From positions 1 to 64,000 of the forward strand of contig CAUYUJ010000309.1 of NCBI GenBank assembly GCA_963575745.1: a stretch of DNA of 64,000 nt, in the 5' to 3' direction. The position numbers were made by a program, and so were the translations under genes. How positions within the stretch are numbered: position 1 is the first letter of the stretch; each line of letters opens with the position of its first letter. Below are positions 1-12,265 of this stretch, piece by piece. The notes under the pieces were generated by a model that saw only the letters and a list, made by a program, of their open reading frames with translations, did no database searches and was not told the DNA's origin. The stretch comes from Prorocentrum cordatum. Its lineage: Eukaryota.

Positions 1-619
1 AGCTGCACATCTCAAATAGCGTTTACACACTACGCACACGTCTTCCAGCGCGTAGGTATAGTTGGCAGAGACTTCTTGGGCCATGCTCATCGATTCGACG
101 AACACGTTCTCGATCTCAGGACAAGGCAACAAATGCTAACGACTCGACAACGTTGAGAAGCGCGCGGTCCCTATCTGAGATTGAGCGCAAAAGTCATGGG
201 AAGTGCAACGCAAGGGTCTTGAATATTTTGTCAGTTTGGAGACCGCGGTCTCCCATCGAGAAACCGAGCACGATTTCTGCCAAGGTTGCTAGTTGCTCGT
301 GTTGGACCAAGCCAGGTAGAGCTTCCAATGCTGCAATCTTTGTGTGCTCATAACCGAGTTCCCGCTCGCATTGAGGAAAAAAAGAGACAGGGGGAAAAAC
401 AAAAAAACAAAGAGAGAGAGAGAGAGAGAGAGAAAAAAAACAAACAAAAAAACAAAAAAAAAAAAAAAAAAAAAAAAAAAACGCTTGCTACAGGCGCCCA
501 ACGGAGTATGCAATGTTGCCTAGATAATTGACACGTTCAGTCCAGGGCTCCCGACTGACCTTGTGATTATTCATGCCGCCGCTCGTCCTCTAACCCCAAA
601 CATCAAAAAACACTTCCCT

Positions 620-817
620 GCAGGCGCACATGCGCCGCGATGCCGGAAGCTCGGGTTGCAGCTTGGACGTCCGAAGGTGGATCGCGGCCTGGTGCAATGT
701 GTCGGCTTCCTCCATCTGAGACAGGCCGAGAAGCTCGTCGTACGTCCTGGCTGCCCGGATGCTGCGCCCGAAGCTCGAGGGAGACACGTACCGGCCCGCG
801 GCGGCCAGCACGGACAC
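620..817 (-). CDS. Possible coding fragment/exon of unknown function (VSVLAAAGRYVSPSSFGRSIRAARTYDELLGLSQMEEADTLHQAAIHLRTSKLQPE...)
   Basis: Open frame with strong G/C bias at third codon positions and non-repetitive protein-like composition. No recognisable motif; boundaries approximate. Confidence 0.35.
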
Positions 818-1489
818 GCGGCCGCAGCTCAGCTCCGCCGGGCGCCTGCCCCGGGCTGCCGCCCACGATGTTGCTGCACGCCAGGCCTCCCGCGCTCCGC
901 CGGCCCGCCCCCGAGCGCGGCGAGGCGAGCCAGCTGCCCTGCCGCCCGCAGGCGAAGAGGTCTGTCAGAAGCCCTTCTAAAACAGGGCTAGGATCGGGAT
1001 AAATCGCTCCAGAGCGTTCCGGAGCGCTCTCAGAGCGTTCCGGAACGCTCTGGAGCGGCCGCGGCGCCCAATACATCCTCCAAACCCGCCGATTCTCAGA
1101 GATTTCGAGTTATCCCGATCCGACTTTGTCCCGATCTTCGCGTCGTTTTACCTTCTGCTCCACGTTGGTACACCCCCTGTAGTCACCTCATATCCAGATG
1201 CTTCCCCCGGCAGCTGCGAAAACCGCGTGCTGCGGAGTGGAGCCTGCCGCCGAGGGCCTCCCACGGGCCACGGGCGCGCGCGGGCGCCCGCCCGACGAGC
1301 AGCGCCGCGCAGCACCAGGCCTGGGAGGCCGCGCCGGCCACGCCGCCCCAGCGGCGCCCGAGGCGCCGATGGGGCGGCCGGGCGGCGTCGGCGTCGGCCG
1401 GTTCGGCCTGGCGCGGCCTGCCGCCGAGGGCGCGCGCGGCGGGGGGCGGCCATGCCCAGAGGTCCGACGCTCCAAAAAAACTGGAGCAG

Positions 1490-1645
1490 GCGGTTTGGGC
1501 CCTTTTCGGCCCCTGGGGGGCCCTCGCCGGGCCTCGGGAGCGCCAAAAAACGACTCGGGACGACAAACCGGCCCCAGGGAAAGGGTCGGGACTTCCAGGG
1601 ACGCCGTCCTAAAAAAAGATCAGGACGCCGTACGTCCGGGATTGG
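1490..1645 (-). repeat. Dispersed repeat family B, inverted copy
   Basis: Reverse complement resembles 22889-23020 and 30108-30265 (GACGTCCTGAT...GGAAGTCCCGACCC...CCCGAGTCGTTT). Confidence 0.75.
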
Positions 1646-2092
1646 CGGCGCGCACCAGGGGGTAGGGGGAGGGGCCGGGGCTGACCCCCTGTCCCCTCCC
1701 CCCCCCCACCCCCAGATCTCCAACGTCGTGCCCTGTACGACGCGGGCCCCTCGAGCTCTCGACCACCGGGGATCTTCTGATCAAGGTCAATCCAGAGGAG
1801 GAGCAGCAGCAGCAGCAGCAGGATGAGGAGAAGGAGGAGCAGGAGGAGGAGGAGGAGGAGGAGGAGGAGGAGGATAAAGACTAGGAGGAGGAGGAGGAGG
1901 AGGAGGAGGAGGAGGAGGAGGAGGAGGAAGGCTTCTCAGGGGGAGGCCGCTTCCCAGAGGGAGCGGGCCCCGCGTCTGCAGGCAAGGCCCGCGCCTGCTA
2001 GGAAGCAGGGGTGCCTCCAAGAAGCCTCCCCCCCTCCCCCATACCCCCCCCCCACTGCGCGTGGCCGACACACCCCGATGGGACGCACAGGG

Positions 2093-2279
2093 ACATACTA
2101 ATACTATATGTTTTCCTTGGAGGCGCGCGTCCGACCCAAACATACAGTATACCCATCTTGTAGTATATCGTTTCCCGAGCGGCGTGGCCAGAAAGCGCCC
2201 GCCACGACGCATATACTATAAGATTTCTCGGTACGCGCATCGCCCCGCGGGGGGCGACGCACATATAGTATAAGTATGT
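2093..2279. mobile_element. MITE-like element with nested inverted repeats
   Basis: ACATACTAATACTATATGT (2093-2111) pairs with ACATATAGTATAAGTATGT (2261-2279) at 18/19. An inner IR pairs ATCTTGTAGTATAT (2155-2168) with ATATACTATAAGAT (2211-2224). Confidence 0.7.
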
Positions 2280-3119
2280 TGGGGTGACGCCGAGAAAGGA
2301 GCATCGGATTTTTCTTACGGCCGTGGGATCTGGACTGGATGGAGCCCCCCAGAAAGTTCACCAGGAGGGGGGACGAAGCCAAATCCGCTCAAAATCGGTC
2401 CTCGGACCCCTCCCAGGGTCCATATCTGATACAGCGTTTCACCTGGTGGTTGACGGCCCCGCAGCCCGGAAAAGCAGTCCCTGGAGGCCGAAGAAAGCAA
2501 AAAACCTTCTCGAACCCAGAAGGTCGAGCCTTGCCTCCTCTTTCAGCTGGCCGGAACCGGGGCTGGGCCACCTCAGACCCCCAGACGGCTTCTACACCGG
2601 GACCCCTTCCGAGACGCGCTTTTTCTTGCCAGCGGCGACTTGGGCCCAAGACGCGGTCGGGACAGCCGCGCGACACATCGGAGCCGAATTGGGCGGGAGA
2701 GAGAAAGGGCGGGGAGGAGGCAGCCGCGGTCGGCGGAGCTGCAGCAGAACAGCTCCAGCGCGACGCTTTGCTTCGAGTTAGCTCGAGAAGTAAGCTAATC
2801 TCAGCGCCCTCGACGTGATATAACCAGCCTCGAACTTATCCCTATTTCCTTAGATGGGCGAGCAAAAAGCGAGGACAATCTTAGGGATAGGCCCTCAGAA
2901 ACTGAGGGAAGCCTTGAGATCGGCACCGAGGTGAGGTGATGCCAAACATAAGGATAAGGATATGTCTCAAACTGGTAATGATAGACCGATGCGTCGAACG
3001 GTATGCACACCAACTCCACGGCTGCTCTGAGCCCCACCCTACTCCGAGCCGCCACGGCTCTCCTCGGGCTCCGGCTGCGCACGCACGCTGGGCGCTCCGC
3101 GCGCGCTCGGGCCGGCGCC

Positions 3120-3439
3120 GAGGAGGAGGAGGAGGAGGAGGAGGAGGAGGAGGAGGAGGAGGAGGAGGAGGAGGAGGAGAGGAGGAGGAGGAGGAGGGGG
3201 AGAGGAGGGGTGGAGGAGGAGGAGGAGGAGGAGGAGGAGGAGGAGGAGGAGGGGAAGGAGAGGAGGAGGAGGAGGAGGAGGAGGAGGAGGAGGAGGAGGA
3301 GGAGGAGGAGGAGGAGGAGGAGGAGCAGGAGCAGGAGGAGGAGGGGCAGGGGGAGGAGGAGGGGCAGGGGGAGGAGGAGGAGCAGGAGCAGAAGGAGGCC
3401 ATTGCCCTGCACACATACACACACACACAGACACACTCA

Positions 3440-3471
<32 letters not shown>

Positions 3472-3473
3472 CG
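3120..3473. repeat. (GAG)n tract followed by GAGGCCATTGCCCTGCAC-(AC)n-(GCAC)n module
   Basis: Visible directly; the module recurs at 5294-5632. Confidence 0.9.
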
Positions 3474-3718
3474 AGAGGAGGAGGAGGAGCAGGAGAGCCG
3501 TCTGCCCGCTCGGGGTGGGACGGCCACGCGCGCTGGCCGACGCGCGGGCGGCGGCAGCGAGGCCCGCCATAGAGACCGCGCGGGGGGGAGGACCCCGCCA
3601 CATCCCCCGCCGTGGCGGCGGTCTCTGGCGGCGGCTGCCCGCGGCGGGCTGCTGCCTGGCGGCGCTGCCCGCCCTGAGGCGCGCGGGCCCCCAAGGATTC
3701 TCGTGCGAGGGCTTGCAG

Positions 3719-4056
3719 GAGAAGCTCTACGAGAGGAACAAGGCCAGGATGACCGAGTACGTGTCGAGGCTCGACAAGCCCCATCGCTGATTGAGAAGAA
3801 GCAGTCCGAGAATCTGAAGAGCCTGCTGACCACCAAGCTCTACAGTCTCCGTGAAAGCATGGAATACGTGACCACCAAGGGCACGCCGTTCTACCGCAAG
3901 AACGACGCGGCGGGCATGAAGGAGGCCGACTTCTTCTTCCAGGACCTGGCCGACCTCGGCATGGCGGGCAGGGAGAAGAACTGGGGCTGGGCGACCGAGT
4001 CGTACGAGAAGTCCCAGGGCGATTTCCAGGCGTGGATGAACGTGGTGGGGCTCTGA
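3719..4056 (+). pseudogene. PsbQ-like (oxygen-evolving enhancer 3 fold) coding stretch with a 1-nt frameshift near 3778-3782
   Basis: EKLYERNKARMTEYVSRLDK / PSLIEKKQSENLKSLLTTKLYSLRESMEYV...KEADFFFQDLADLGMAGREKNWGWATESYEKSQGDFQAWMNVVGL* follows the PsbQ four-helix pattern (LI.KK...L...LR; FF..L..L..A.R.K....A...Y). High GC3. Candidate acceptor TTGCAG|GAG at 3718/3719. The frameshift could be a sequencing error. Confidence 0.65.
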
Positions 4057-4348
4057 ACGTGGTGGGGCTCTGAACCTCCACGGCAGGGTGACGGCCGCCT
4101 TTCTTCGCGCCTCCTGGCGCAGGGAGGAACAGGAGGAGGTGGAGGAGGAGGAGGAGGAGGAGGTGCAGGAGGCTCTCGACTTTTCCATTTTTGGTCCAGC
4201 CTTCCGTGCGGTGCCGCAGCTTGGTGGCAGGCGGGCGCCGCAGCTAGGTGGCTGGTGTCGGCCGCTCATGGAGGAAGTGGAGGTGGTGTTGGAAGTGGCG
4301 GGAGGAGATATGGGGACCAGGCGTGGATGCACGCCGTTTTGAGCCAGC

Positions 4349-4663
4349 GTTCGCCGACAGCAGCGGCGGAGCCGCAGCTTGTGCTGCCGTGCTCAGGTTC
4401 TGCTGAAGTCTGGAGGTTCGTCCCATCCGAGCTCTTCAGACGGTATTCGTGGCCCGTGGCCCGAAAGGGCTGGTGTGGGCGTCGCGCGCTTCGTGTACGG
4501 AGAGCGAGTTCGCCGACAACAGCGGCGGAGCCGCAGCTTGTGCTGCCGTGCTCAGGTTCTGCTGAAGTCTAGAGTTTCGTCCCATCCGAGCTCTTCAGAC
4601 GGTATTCGTGGCTCTTGGCCCGCATGGCCTGGCGTGGGCGTCGCGCGCGCTTCGTGTACGGAG
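4349..4663. repeat. Tandem duplication, 159-bp period, 2 copies
   Basis: GTTCGCCGACA...CTTCGTGTACGGAG starts at 4349 and again at 4508. Confidence 0.9.
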
Positions 4664-5157
4664 CTGCGAAGTCGAGGTGGAGGAGTTTCACAGTGAGGAT
4701 GATGAGGAGGCGGAGCAGGTGGTGGGGAAGGAAACCGTGGGACCGTGGGCCCATGCTAGATCGAGCACGCGGCCGAGCGTTTCGGCCTGACTGCCAGAAT
4801 GGCATCAACAGAAGGCTTGCGACGCAGCGACAGATCATCGTGGGCACGAGGATCATACGGTTGAGCTGCTTCGGATCGCTTCTGGCCCTGGAGTGGCTCG
4901 GTGGCAGGCGCGGACGCCGCAGTCTCCCCCTCGAGCTCTGCCATATCCATCTTCACCATCTGCCACTGTCCTTTCTTTCCTTGTCCCTCTCGCTTCTGCT
5001 GCACTGTCCGTGGAGATGCTGTCTTGTAGAGGGAGGGTGATTGAGGGGTCTCTCGTCTTGCATCCGCCTTCACTTGAACGAGCTGTTGGTGGCGATCGTC
5101 GCCATGCCGCCGATGGCTCCTGCTGTCATGTGCGAGGCACGCCTTTCTTGCTCTTGT

Positions 5158-5205
<48 letters not shown>

Positions 5206-5293
5206 TGCTGCTGTAGCGGCCGCCTCTGACGCTTCGGGCCCCTGAGACCCAACAGCTTGCCGAAGAAAGAAGGAGGAGGAGGAGCAGCAGGAG

Positions 5294-5632
<339 letters not shown>

Positions 5633-6376
5633 TCAGCACGAGCGGGGCGCCTCCCGCGCGCCGCCTCCCGGGGAGGCGGGCTCCGCGCGCCGGGGGGAGG
5701 GGGGGATGCCAGGCAGGGGAGGCGGGCGCCGACCGAGGAGATCGGCGGCAAGCCCCGGGGGGGGGTGGGGAGGAGGAGGAGGAGGAGGAGGGGAGGAGGA
5801 GGAGGAGGAGGAGGAGGAGGTAGGAGGAGGAGGAGGAGGAGGAGGAGGAGGAGGAGAGGAGGGAGGAGGAGGAGGAGGAGGAGGAGGAGGAGGAGGGGAG
5901 GAGGAGGGAGGAGGAGGGGGGGGGGGGGGGAGGACGAGGAGGAGGAGGAGGAGGAGGAGGGGGGGGAGGAGGAAGAAGTGAGGTCGGCTGCAGCCGGGCC
6001 CAGCGCAGAAACACGTCCCTCGAGGACACGAGGCCCTCCGCCGGGCAAAGCACACGGGGCAGGCGAGGGCACCCTCCCGAGGACGCAGAAGAACCCCCCC
6101 CCCCCACGAGCACGCATAGGACATCAGGGTACCCTCCCCGAGCCGACCTCGACCTTATGCCAGGGGTGCCCTCCCCAGGATGCACAGGAACATCCGACAA
6201 ACACGAAAAGCCGTTAGGGTGCCCTCCCCGAGCCGACCTCGGCCTTTCTGCCTCCGTCCTCGGTCCGCCTGCATACGCGCAGCTCGCAATCTCGCTCGGG
6301 CGTTCGCTCCCCGTGCGTTGGGTGTCTGGTTTCGCGCGTGTGAGTGCGTGTGTGCTTTTCTCGCGACGATCCTAAT

Positions 6377-6534
6377 TTAAGTCGGGCCCGTCCCTCTACA
6401 GAAGGAGAATCCCGAAATAGACAAAAAAAAATCATATGGGGATGATTTGTTTAGTATGTGTTGGCTAATTGGGGGTGTTGCTTGAATACTTGTTGTTTTT
6501 CGCCACATATCCGCCTGTGGGGGGACACCGACTA
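6377..6534. mobile_element. 8-bp-TSD MITE family, degenerate copy
   Basis: Starts TTAAGTCGGGCCCGTCCCTCTACAG and ends GGGGGACACCGACTA. Flanks ATCCTAAT / ATCCTAGA match at 6/8. Confidence 0.7.
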
Positions 6535-6588
6535 ATCCTAGATGCCCCAAGATGGTCCGAATTTTCTCTTGCGCTGACCTCGCTGGAC

Positions 6589-6693
<105 letters not shown>

Positions 6694-7064
6694 ACGAACG
6701 ATGCTAAGGCAAGAGTGACCCTGGGCAAGACTGACCTCTGCCGGGGGGACCCTCGTGGGCCGCACCAGAGCTCACTGTGGCGAAGGGTCACAACTACACG
6801 CAGCCGATGACGAGGGGGCAGGCCGTCTCAGCAGGCGGCGGGGCTTCTCCAAGGCTCTGCACCTTCTGAGAGGCCGCCTCTGTCTTCGGGGAAGGCCTGG
6901 GAGGCTTCTCGAAGGCGCGAGGGCTTCTGAGAAGTCCCGCCGTCTGAGAAGACCTGCCCCCCTTCACTTCCCCCCTGGGCTCGCCGCCGAACAGAGGTCC
7001 GCGCGGACCTCCGAGTGTTGCTCCAGCTGTATGTCCAGGCGTGCGATGCCTGGATTCCTTCCAT

Positions 7065-7270
7065 ACGGGGTTCCCAGAAGTCCCCTTTCCCCAGGGGTTG
7101 CGTTGCATCCCGTGTCGCTCTTTGGAGACACGGAGCCCGGCCAGGGCCACCAGAGGCCAAAGACGCCGAAAAACGGTCCGTCGTGATTCTGTCACGACGC
7201 GGGGCCCGGCGAGGGCCCCAGAGGCCGAAGACGCCCGAAAACGGTCCGTCGTGATTTTGTCACGACGCGA
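7065..7270 (+). repeat. Family B copy with internal duplication of its 3' part
   Basis: CAGAGGCC.AAGACGCC.AAAACGGTCCGTCGTGATT.TGTCACGACGCG occurs twice and is similar to 30108-30265. Confidence 0.65.
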
Positions 7271-7333
7271 GCATACATATATTTATATAGAAATGTGTAG
7301 AGATAGGTAGATCGATAGGTGCAGGCGTCTGGC

Positions 7334-7417
7334 CGTTTGGGGTCCTTCTCGGAGATCTCGGCGATGAAGCACCCGCCCTCGCCCCTGTTGAACACCAGGT
7401 TGTCCTTCGCGGCTGGC
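7334..7417 (-). CDS. Candidate exon (PAAKDNLVFNRGEGGCFIAEISEKDPK)
   Basis: Near-total G/C at third positions. AG|G acceptor candidates at 7417 or 7404; G|GC donor at 7334/7333. Confidence 0.6.
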
Positions 7418-8102
7418 CTTCCGGGGCTGGGGGGTGACGTGAGTCGGCCGCTGCATCTGCGTGGCGTCGTCGGCGTCGGCTCGTCGTTCGCCAGCCACCA
7501 AGGCCTCCTCCTTCTCCTCCTCCTCCTCCTCCTCCTCCTCCTCCTCCTCGTCCTCCTCCTCCTCCTCGTCCTCCTCCTCCTCCTCCTCCTGATTCCTTCC
7601 TCCTCCTCCTCCTCCTCCTCCTCCTCCTCCTCCTCCTCCTCCTCCTCCTCCTCCTCCTCCTCGTTCCTTCGCTCGCTGTTCGCTGCTCGTGCACCCCACC
7701 GTCGGCATCTGCCAGAATGGCCGCCAGATGTCGAGTGCAGCCGAAGGTGGGTGCTGCAGCGGCGAGGAGGACAGAAGAGAACAGGGTGGAGGTCCCCGAG
7801 CGGGGCTCGACGGGGAAGAGAGAGAGAGAGGGAGGAGGCGAGGGTGGAGGGAAGAAGGGCGGTGTTGGAGGGAAAAAGGGCCCTCCCTCCGCCCCCCCCC
7901 ATCAACGTGGGCGTCTGGGTCGCTCCTGAGGTTGCCTTCTGGCCGGGTGTGGCGGCAGCACGTGTCCCCCCAAAACGGCCTCGGAGGCAACCCTGCGGCC
8001 AGGGGAGGGAGGGCAGCGCCCCCCAACGAACCCCCAACGCCTCCCCGGAGAGCCTCCCCAGAGCAGCGAGGGGCCGCCCAGAGCCTCCCTGACCAGCTCG
8101 GC

Positions 8103-8340
8103 GGTGTCAGGGTTCGAAAACCCAGGGGATTCTCAACATTTCTGAAATTCGGTGGCACCCCTCACGCGGATCGACAGGGTCAGGGTCCAAAAGCACAGGG
8201 GATTTGCCACATTTCTAAAAATTCGGCGGCAACCCTCACGCAGATCCGTAGGGTCAGGGTCCAAAAACACATGGGATTTGCTACATTTCTGAACTTCGGT
8301 GGCACCCCTCACGCAGATCCGTAGGGTCAGGGTCGAAAAA
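8103..8340. repeat. Minisatellite, about 74-bp unit, about 3 copies
   Basis: GTCAGGGT anchors at about 8106, 8179, 8253 and 8326. Confidence 0.85.
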
Positions 8341-8450
8341 CAAACAGGTCCCGACAGTGCTTCACGGCGGCGCCCAGACCTCATGATTTAGCTTTTGCAT
8401 CTCCCATTATCCGAGACAGGGGGCCGGCGGCATGGGGCGAAGCCCTTACG

Positions 8451-8580
8451 GATAAATACACACAAATCCCAGGATTCCACATATTTTCACATGTCTTCTG
8501 GGTTTTAGTCTTCCCCCCCACTTCCCATATTTTCCCATATTTTCTGGGCAATCGACGATTGTGTTCTTCCCCTCCTGACT
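8451..8580 (+). repeat. Dispersed repeat family C
   Basis: ATAAATACACACAAAT...GTCTTCCCCCCCACTTCCCATATTTT...TTCCCCTCCTGA, also at 13619-13760 and 33932-34072. Confidence 0.85.
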
Positions 8581-8799
8581 ATCGAAGTCTGATCGAGGCC
8601 TGAACCCCGATCCCTCCCACCGCTCCCTTCGGTCCGCAGGGGGTGGGGCAAAGCCGGACACTCTGGACACGAGCCTGGCGAGGGCGATGTTGGAAGGGGG
8701 GGGGGGTGGAGCCCGACGCGATCAGCGGCAGCACTGAGACCAGCGAGTGCCAGAATGGGAAGCAGCGGCAGCGGGCCAGGCCGCCGCTCACGGAGATGC

Positions 8800-9500
8800 C
8801 TGCGCCAGTACCCTCGCCTGCACAGCTTGTAGCGCCGACGCCAGCATCTTCGCCAGCGCAGCAAGGAACACGGTCGACAGCTTCCTCGCCTGCACAGATG
8901 ACAGCACCGTCGCCAGGACCCTCGCCCACACAGCCTGGCTCGCCGACACCAGCATCCTCGCCAGCACAGCCAAGAGCACCGATGCCAGGACCTTCGCCAG
9001 CGCTGCCAGGAGCACCGACACCAGCAGCCTTGTCAGCATAGCCTGGATCACCGGCGCATGCATCCTCGCCTGCACAGCGGAAAGCACCGACGCCAGCATC
9101 CTAGCCAGCACAGCTGGGAGCACCGGCGTCAGCACCCCCGCCAGCTCAAGCGAGACCGACGCCAACATACTCGGCAGCACAGCCGAGAGCACCGACAACA
9201 GCAGTTCAGTCAGCACAGCCTGGACCCCCGTCGCCAGCACCCTCGCCAACGCAGCTGAAAACTTCGACGCCAGCATCCTCGCCTTCACATCTGGGAGCAC
9301 GGACGTCAGCACCCTCGCCTGCACAGCGAGGAGCTCGAACCCCAGCATCCTCGCCAGCGCAGCCAGGAGCACCGACGCCAGCACGCTCGACAGCACAGCC
9401 CAGACCACCGACCACAGCATCCAAGCCAGCACAGCTGGGACCGCAGTCGCCAGCACACACCCCTGCCAGCACAGTCGGGAGCACCGACGCCAGCATCGCC
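8800..9500 (+). repeat. Degenerate 36-bp tandem array (about 19 units; reads as PASSPAQPGAPT in one frame)
   Basis: Consensus near CCAGCATCCTCGCCAGCACAGCCAGGAGCACCGACG. The Pro-rich frame contains stops. Confidence 0.8.
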
Positions 9501-9759
9501 TCAGCGCGCGCGAGAATTACGGAAGGAGGAGGAGTCGCAGGAGGTCGGCGACATGATTGACTACGACTGCGCCCACGGGCTGGAAGGCAGGATCCTGGGG
9601 GAAGGGGGCGCGCCCCCTGGCACCACGTCCTCGCCCCGAAATCCTGGCCCAGGCACGCCCCCACAGAGGTGGTCCGGCTTCGCCCCGCCCTGACTCGGCC
9701 CGCACGCGCATGATCCCTTGAGGTGCTCCGGCTCTTCGCCGCCCTGGTGCCGTTCTGGC

Positions 9760-10325
9760 TTCGCGCCGCCCTGGCCCCAGGGACAACGCTGCTTCCGCTC
9801 CCTGGGACTCAGCTGATGCGGCCTTCCGCGGCGAAGACAATGGCGAAAACCAATGTGCCTGCGACAGCGTGCAGACCACTGGCCTTCCTCGCGAGCAAAC
9901 TGTTCCCCCCCACGCTGTTCTGGCTTGTCGCCGCCCTGGCGTTGACGATGCCGTGGACGCAGTCTCTTCTTCTTCCCACGATGCACCAATTTTTTTGTCG
10001 CCCAGGGGGCAACGTTGCTTCCGCGCCCCGAGAATCAACCGACGCGGCCTTCCACGGCGAAGAGGGAGGCGAAGATAAACGTGCCTGCGACGCGCCCCGA
10101 ATCAACTGACGCGGCCTTCCGCGGCGAAGAGGGAGGCGAGGATAAACGCGCCTGCGACAACGCGCAGACGGTCGGCCTTCCTCGCGAGTATGGTGTCCCC
10201 CTCGCGCTGCTCTGGCTCTCTTCGCCGCCCTGGCGTGGAGGCTTGTGGCTGAATTTGTCACCTCTTGCCACGATGCACCAGCTTGTCGCCACCCTGGGAA
10301 CGACGCTGCTTCCGCGCCACAGGCG
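9760..10325 (+). repeat. Degenerate local duplications
   Basis: GA(C/T)GCGGCCTTCC.CGGCGAAGA...GCCTGCGAC at about 9815, 10041 and 10108; units 1 and 3 share a further ~170 bp. Confidence 0.75.
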
Positions 10326-10785
10326 GCAGGGGCCAGCGAGACTGGCGGGCTCGCGGGAGGAGGAGGAGGAGGAGGAGGAGGAGGAGAAGGAGGAGGAAAG
10401 GGAGGAGGAGGAGGAGAGGAGGAGGAGGAGGAGGAGGAAGGGGAGGAGGAGGAGGGGGAGGAGGGGGGAGGAGGAGGGGGGGAGGAGGGGGAGGAGGAGG
10501 GGAGGAGGGAGAGGAGAGGAGGAGGAGGAGGAGGAGAGGAGGAGGAGGAAGAGGAGGAGGAGGAGGAGGGGGAGGAGGAGGAGGAGGAGGAGGAGGAGGA
10601 GGAGGACGCCGCGGCCGCCGTCGCCTCCGGAGAGGCCGACACCGCAGCTGTCTGACCGCCTGGTGGCCGGAGGTCGGCACGCGCCCCCGCAGGGCGAGGA
10701 CAACGCCCCCGCGGCGGGGGGCCTGCGCACGGCCCCCCCAGCCTGGGCCCCGCCCGCGCCGCGGGGCGCGCCGCCCACCCTGGCG

Positions 10786-10928
10786 TTAGGTCGGGCGTGT
10801 CCTCCTCCAGGCGGATGTTGGACGAATGCTCAAAAATAGCTGAACGTACCCATCAAAATAATCGTCCCCAGGCTATTTTTTCTACTACTTTTGCACACTC
10901 CTCCCGTAGAGGGACATGCCCGACTTAA
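10786..10928. mobile_element. MITE with exact 8-bp TSD (hAT-like)
   Basis: TIRs TTAGGTCGGGCGTGTCC / GGACATGCCCGACTTAA. CCCTGGCG at 10778-10785 and 10929-10936. Confidence 0.9.
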
Positions 10929-12232
10929 CCCTGGCGGCGCGCTCGCCTGCCGCAACAACCCTGGGCCCCACCGGCGGCGGCCGACGCTCCGCCGCCGCCC
11001 AGCCTCGACGGCGGCCGAAGGCCCGACCCCCGCCCGTGCCAGCCCTGATCGACGCCCTGGGTTGGGCGACGCCGGGGACCACGGCGTCGACGACGGTGCG
11101 GAGGAGCAGGACGCGGGAGTCTGGGCCCCCCCCCCAGCACGCGTGCCGACACCTCGCCCGACGTCCTGCGTGGCGCCTCGGTCGAGGTCGCGGCCGACCG
11201 CGCCCCCGACAGCCCCCGGGGGCCACAATCGGCCGCCGAGCCCCGGACAAGCCCAGCCCATGGCGTCGACAGGCGCCCCTGTCTCGGTCCTGGGGCCGAT
11301 CGCGTCCGCTTCGCGGGCGGGCGGGGTCGCCCACGGCCAGGAGAACCCGGGGGGCGCCCCAAGAAGGGCCAGGGCGTCGCGAGACGGCCATGGCAGGGGA
11401 CGCGGACAAGCTGCCCAAACGTCCCCGCGGGCCGATCCACGAGGAACCACCCCGTGATGGCGAGACCACCTGGCGCGATTGCGCCAAGCGGCTCCAGCGC
11501 GAGGCTGGGCCTGCGCGTGTCCATGCGTGCCACGCGCTCTGCACGGCGCGGGACGAAGGCAGGGCGGCGCGCCACCTTCGGCCCTGGGAGGCGGCCGGCC
11601 AGCTGTCCCGTGCTCCGTCTTCCCCCGAGGGCTCGCAGCAGCGGGCGCGGCGCTGCCGCGGCACCAGCACGGGAGGCGGCCCGCGGGCCCAGCCGGGACC
11701 CTTGACGCTGGGCGCGGCCGCGAAGCACCTGGCCCGCTCGGCCAGGTTCGCTCTGCGGCTGTGGGGCCCTGGGCTTCCTCCGCGCTGTGCGGGCTGTTCG
11801 CCCCGCTGGTGGCCTGGGATCTCCCACGCCGGTCGGGCTTTCGCCCTCTGGGCTCCCTGTCGCGTCCTCGCGCTGCCTTTCTGCCCTCCCCCCCCCTTGC
11901 GCTGGCGCCTTCTCGGCAGCGGCGGTCCCGTCAGTGGCGCATCCCGCCCCTGGCCCCTGGCGTCTCGTCGGCCTGGTCGCACACCCCTACGGGGCTCCCA
12001 CCTGGTCGTCGGCCGCCGCCTGATACCCTGCATGACCAGTGCCTGGCCGCAGCCTCCGGGCTGTCCCCTCGCTGCACGTCCTAGCCTGGCGCTGGCGCTT
12101 CCAGCGGGGTCGGCCCAGTCGCCGTCTTCACCTGGGAGGAGGAAGAGGAGGAGGAGGAGGAGGAGGAGGAGGAGGAGGAGGAGGAGGAGGAGGAGGGGAA
12201 AGGGGGAGGAGGAGAAGGAGGAGGAGGAGGGG

Positions 12233-12265
<33 letters not shown>

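Noticed and set aside
6377..6380. TTAA at MITE ends as a piggyBac TSD
   Set aside because: Exact 8-bp duplications lie outside the TTAA in two copies, so TTAA belongs to the TIR.
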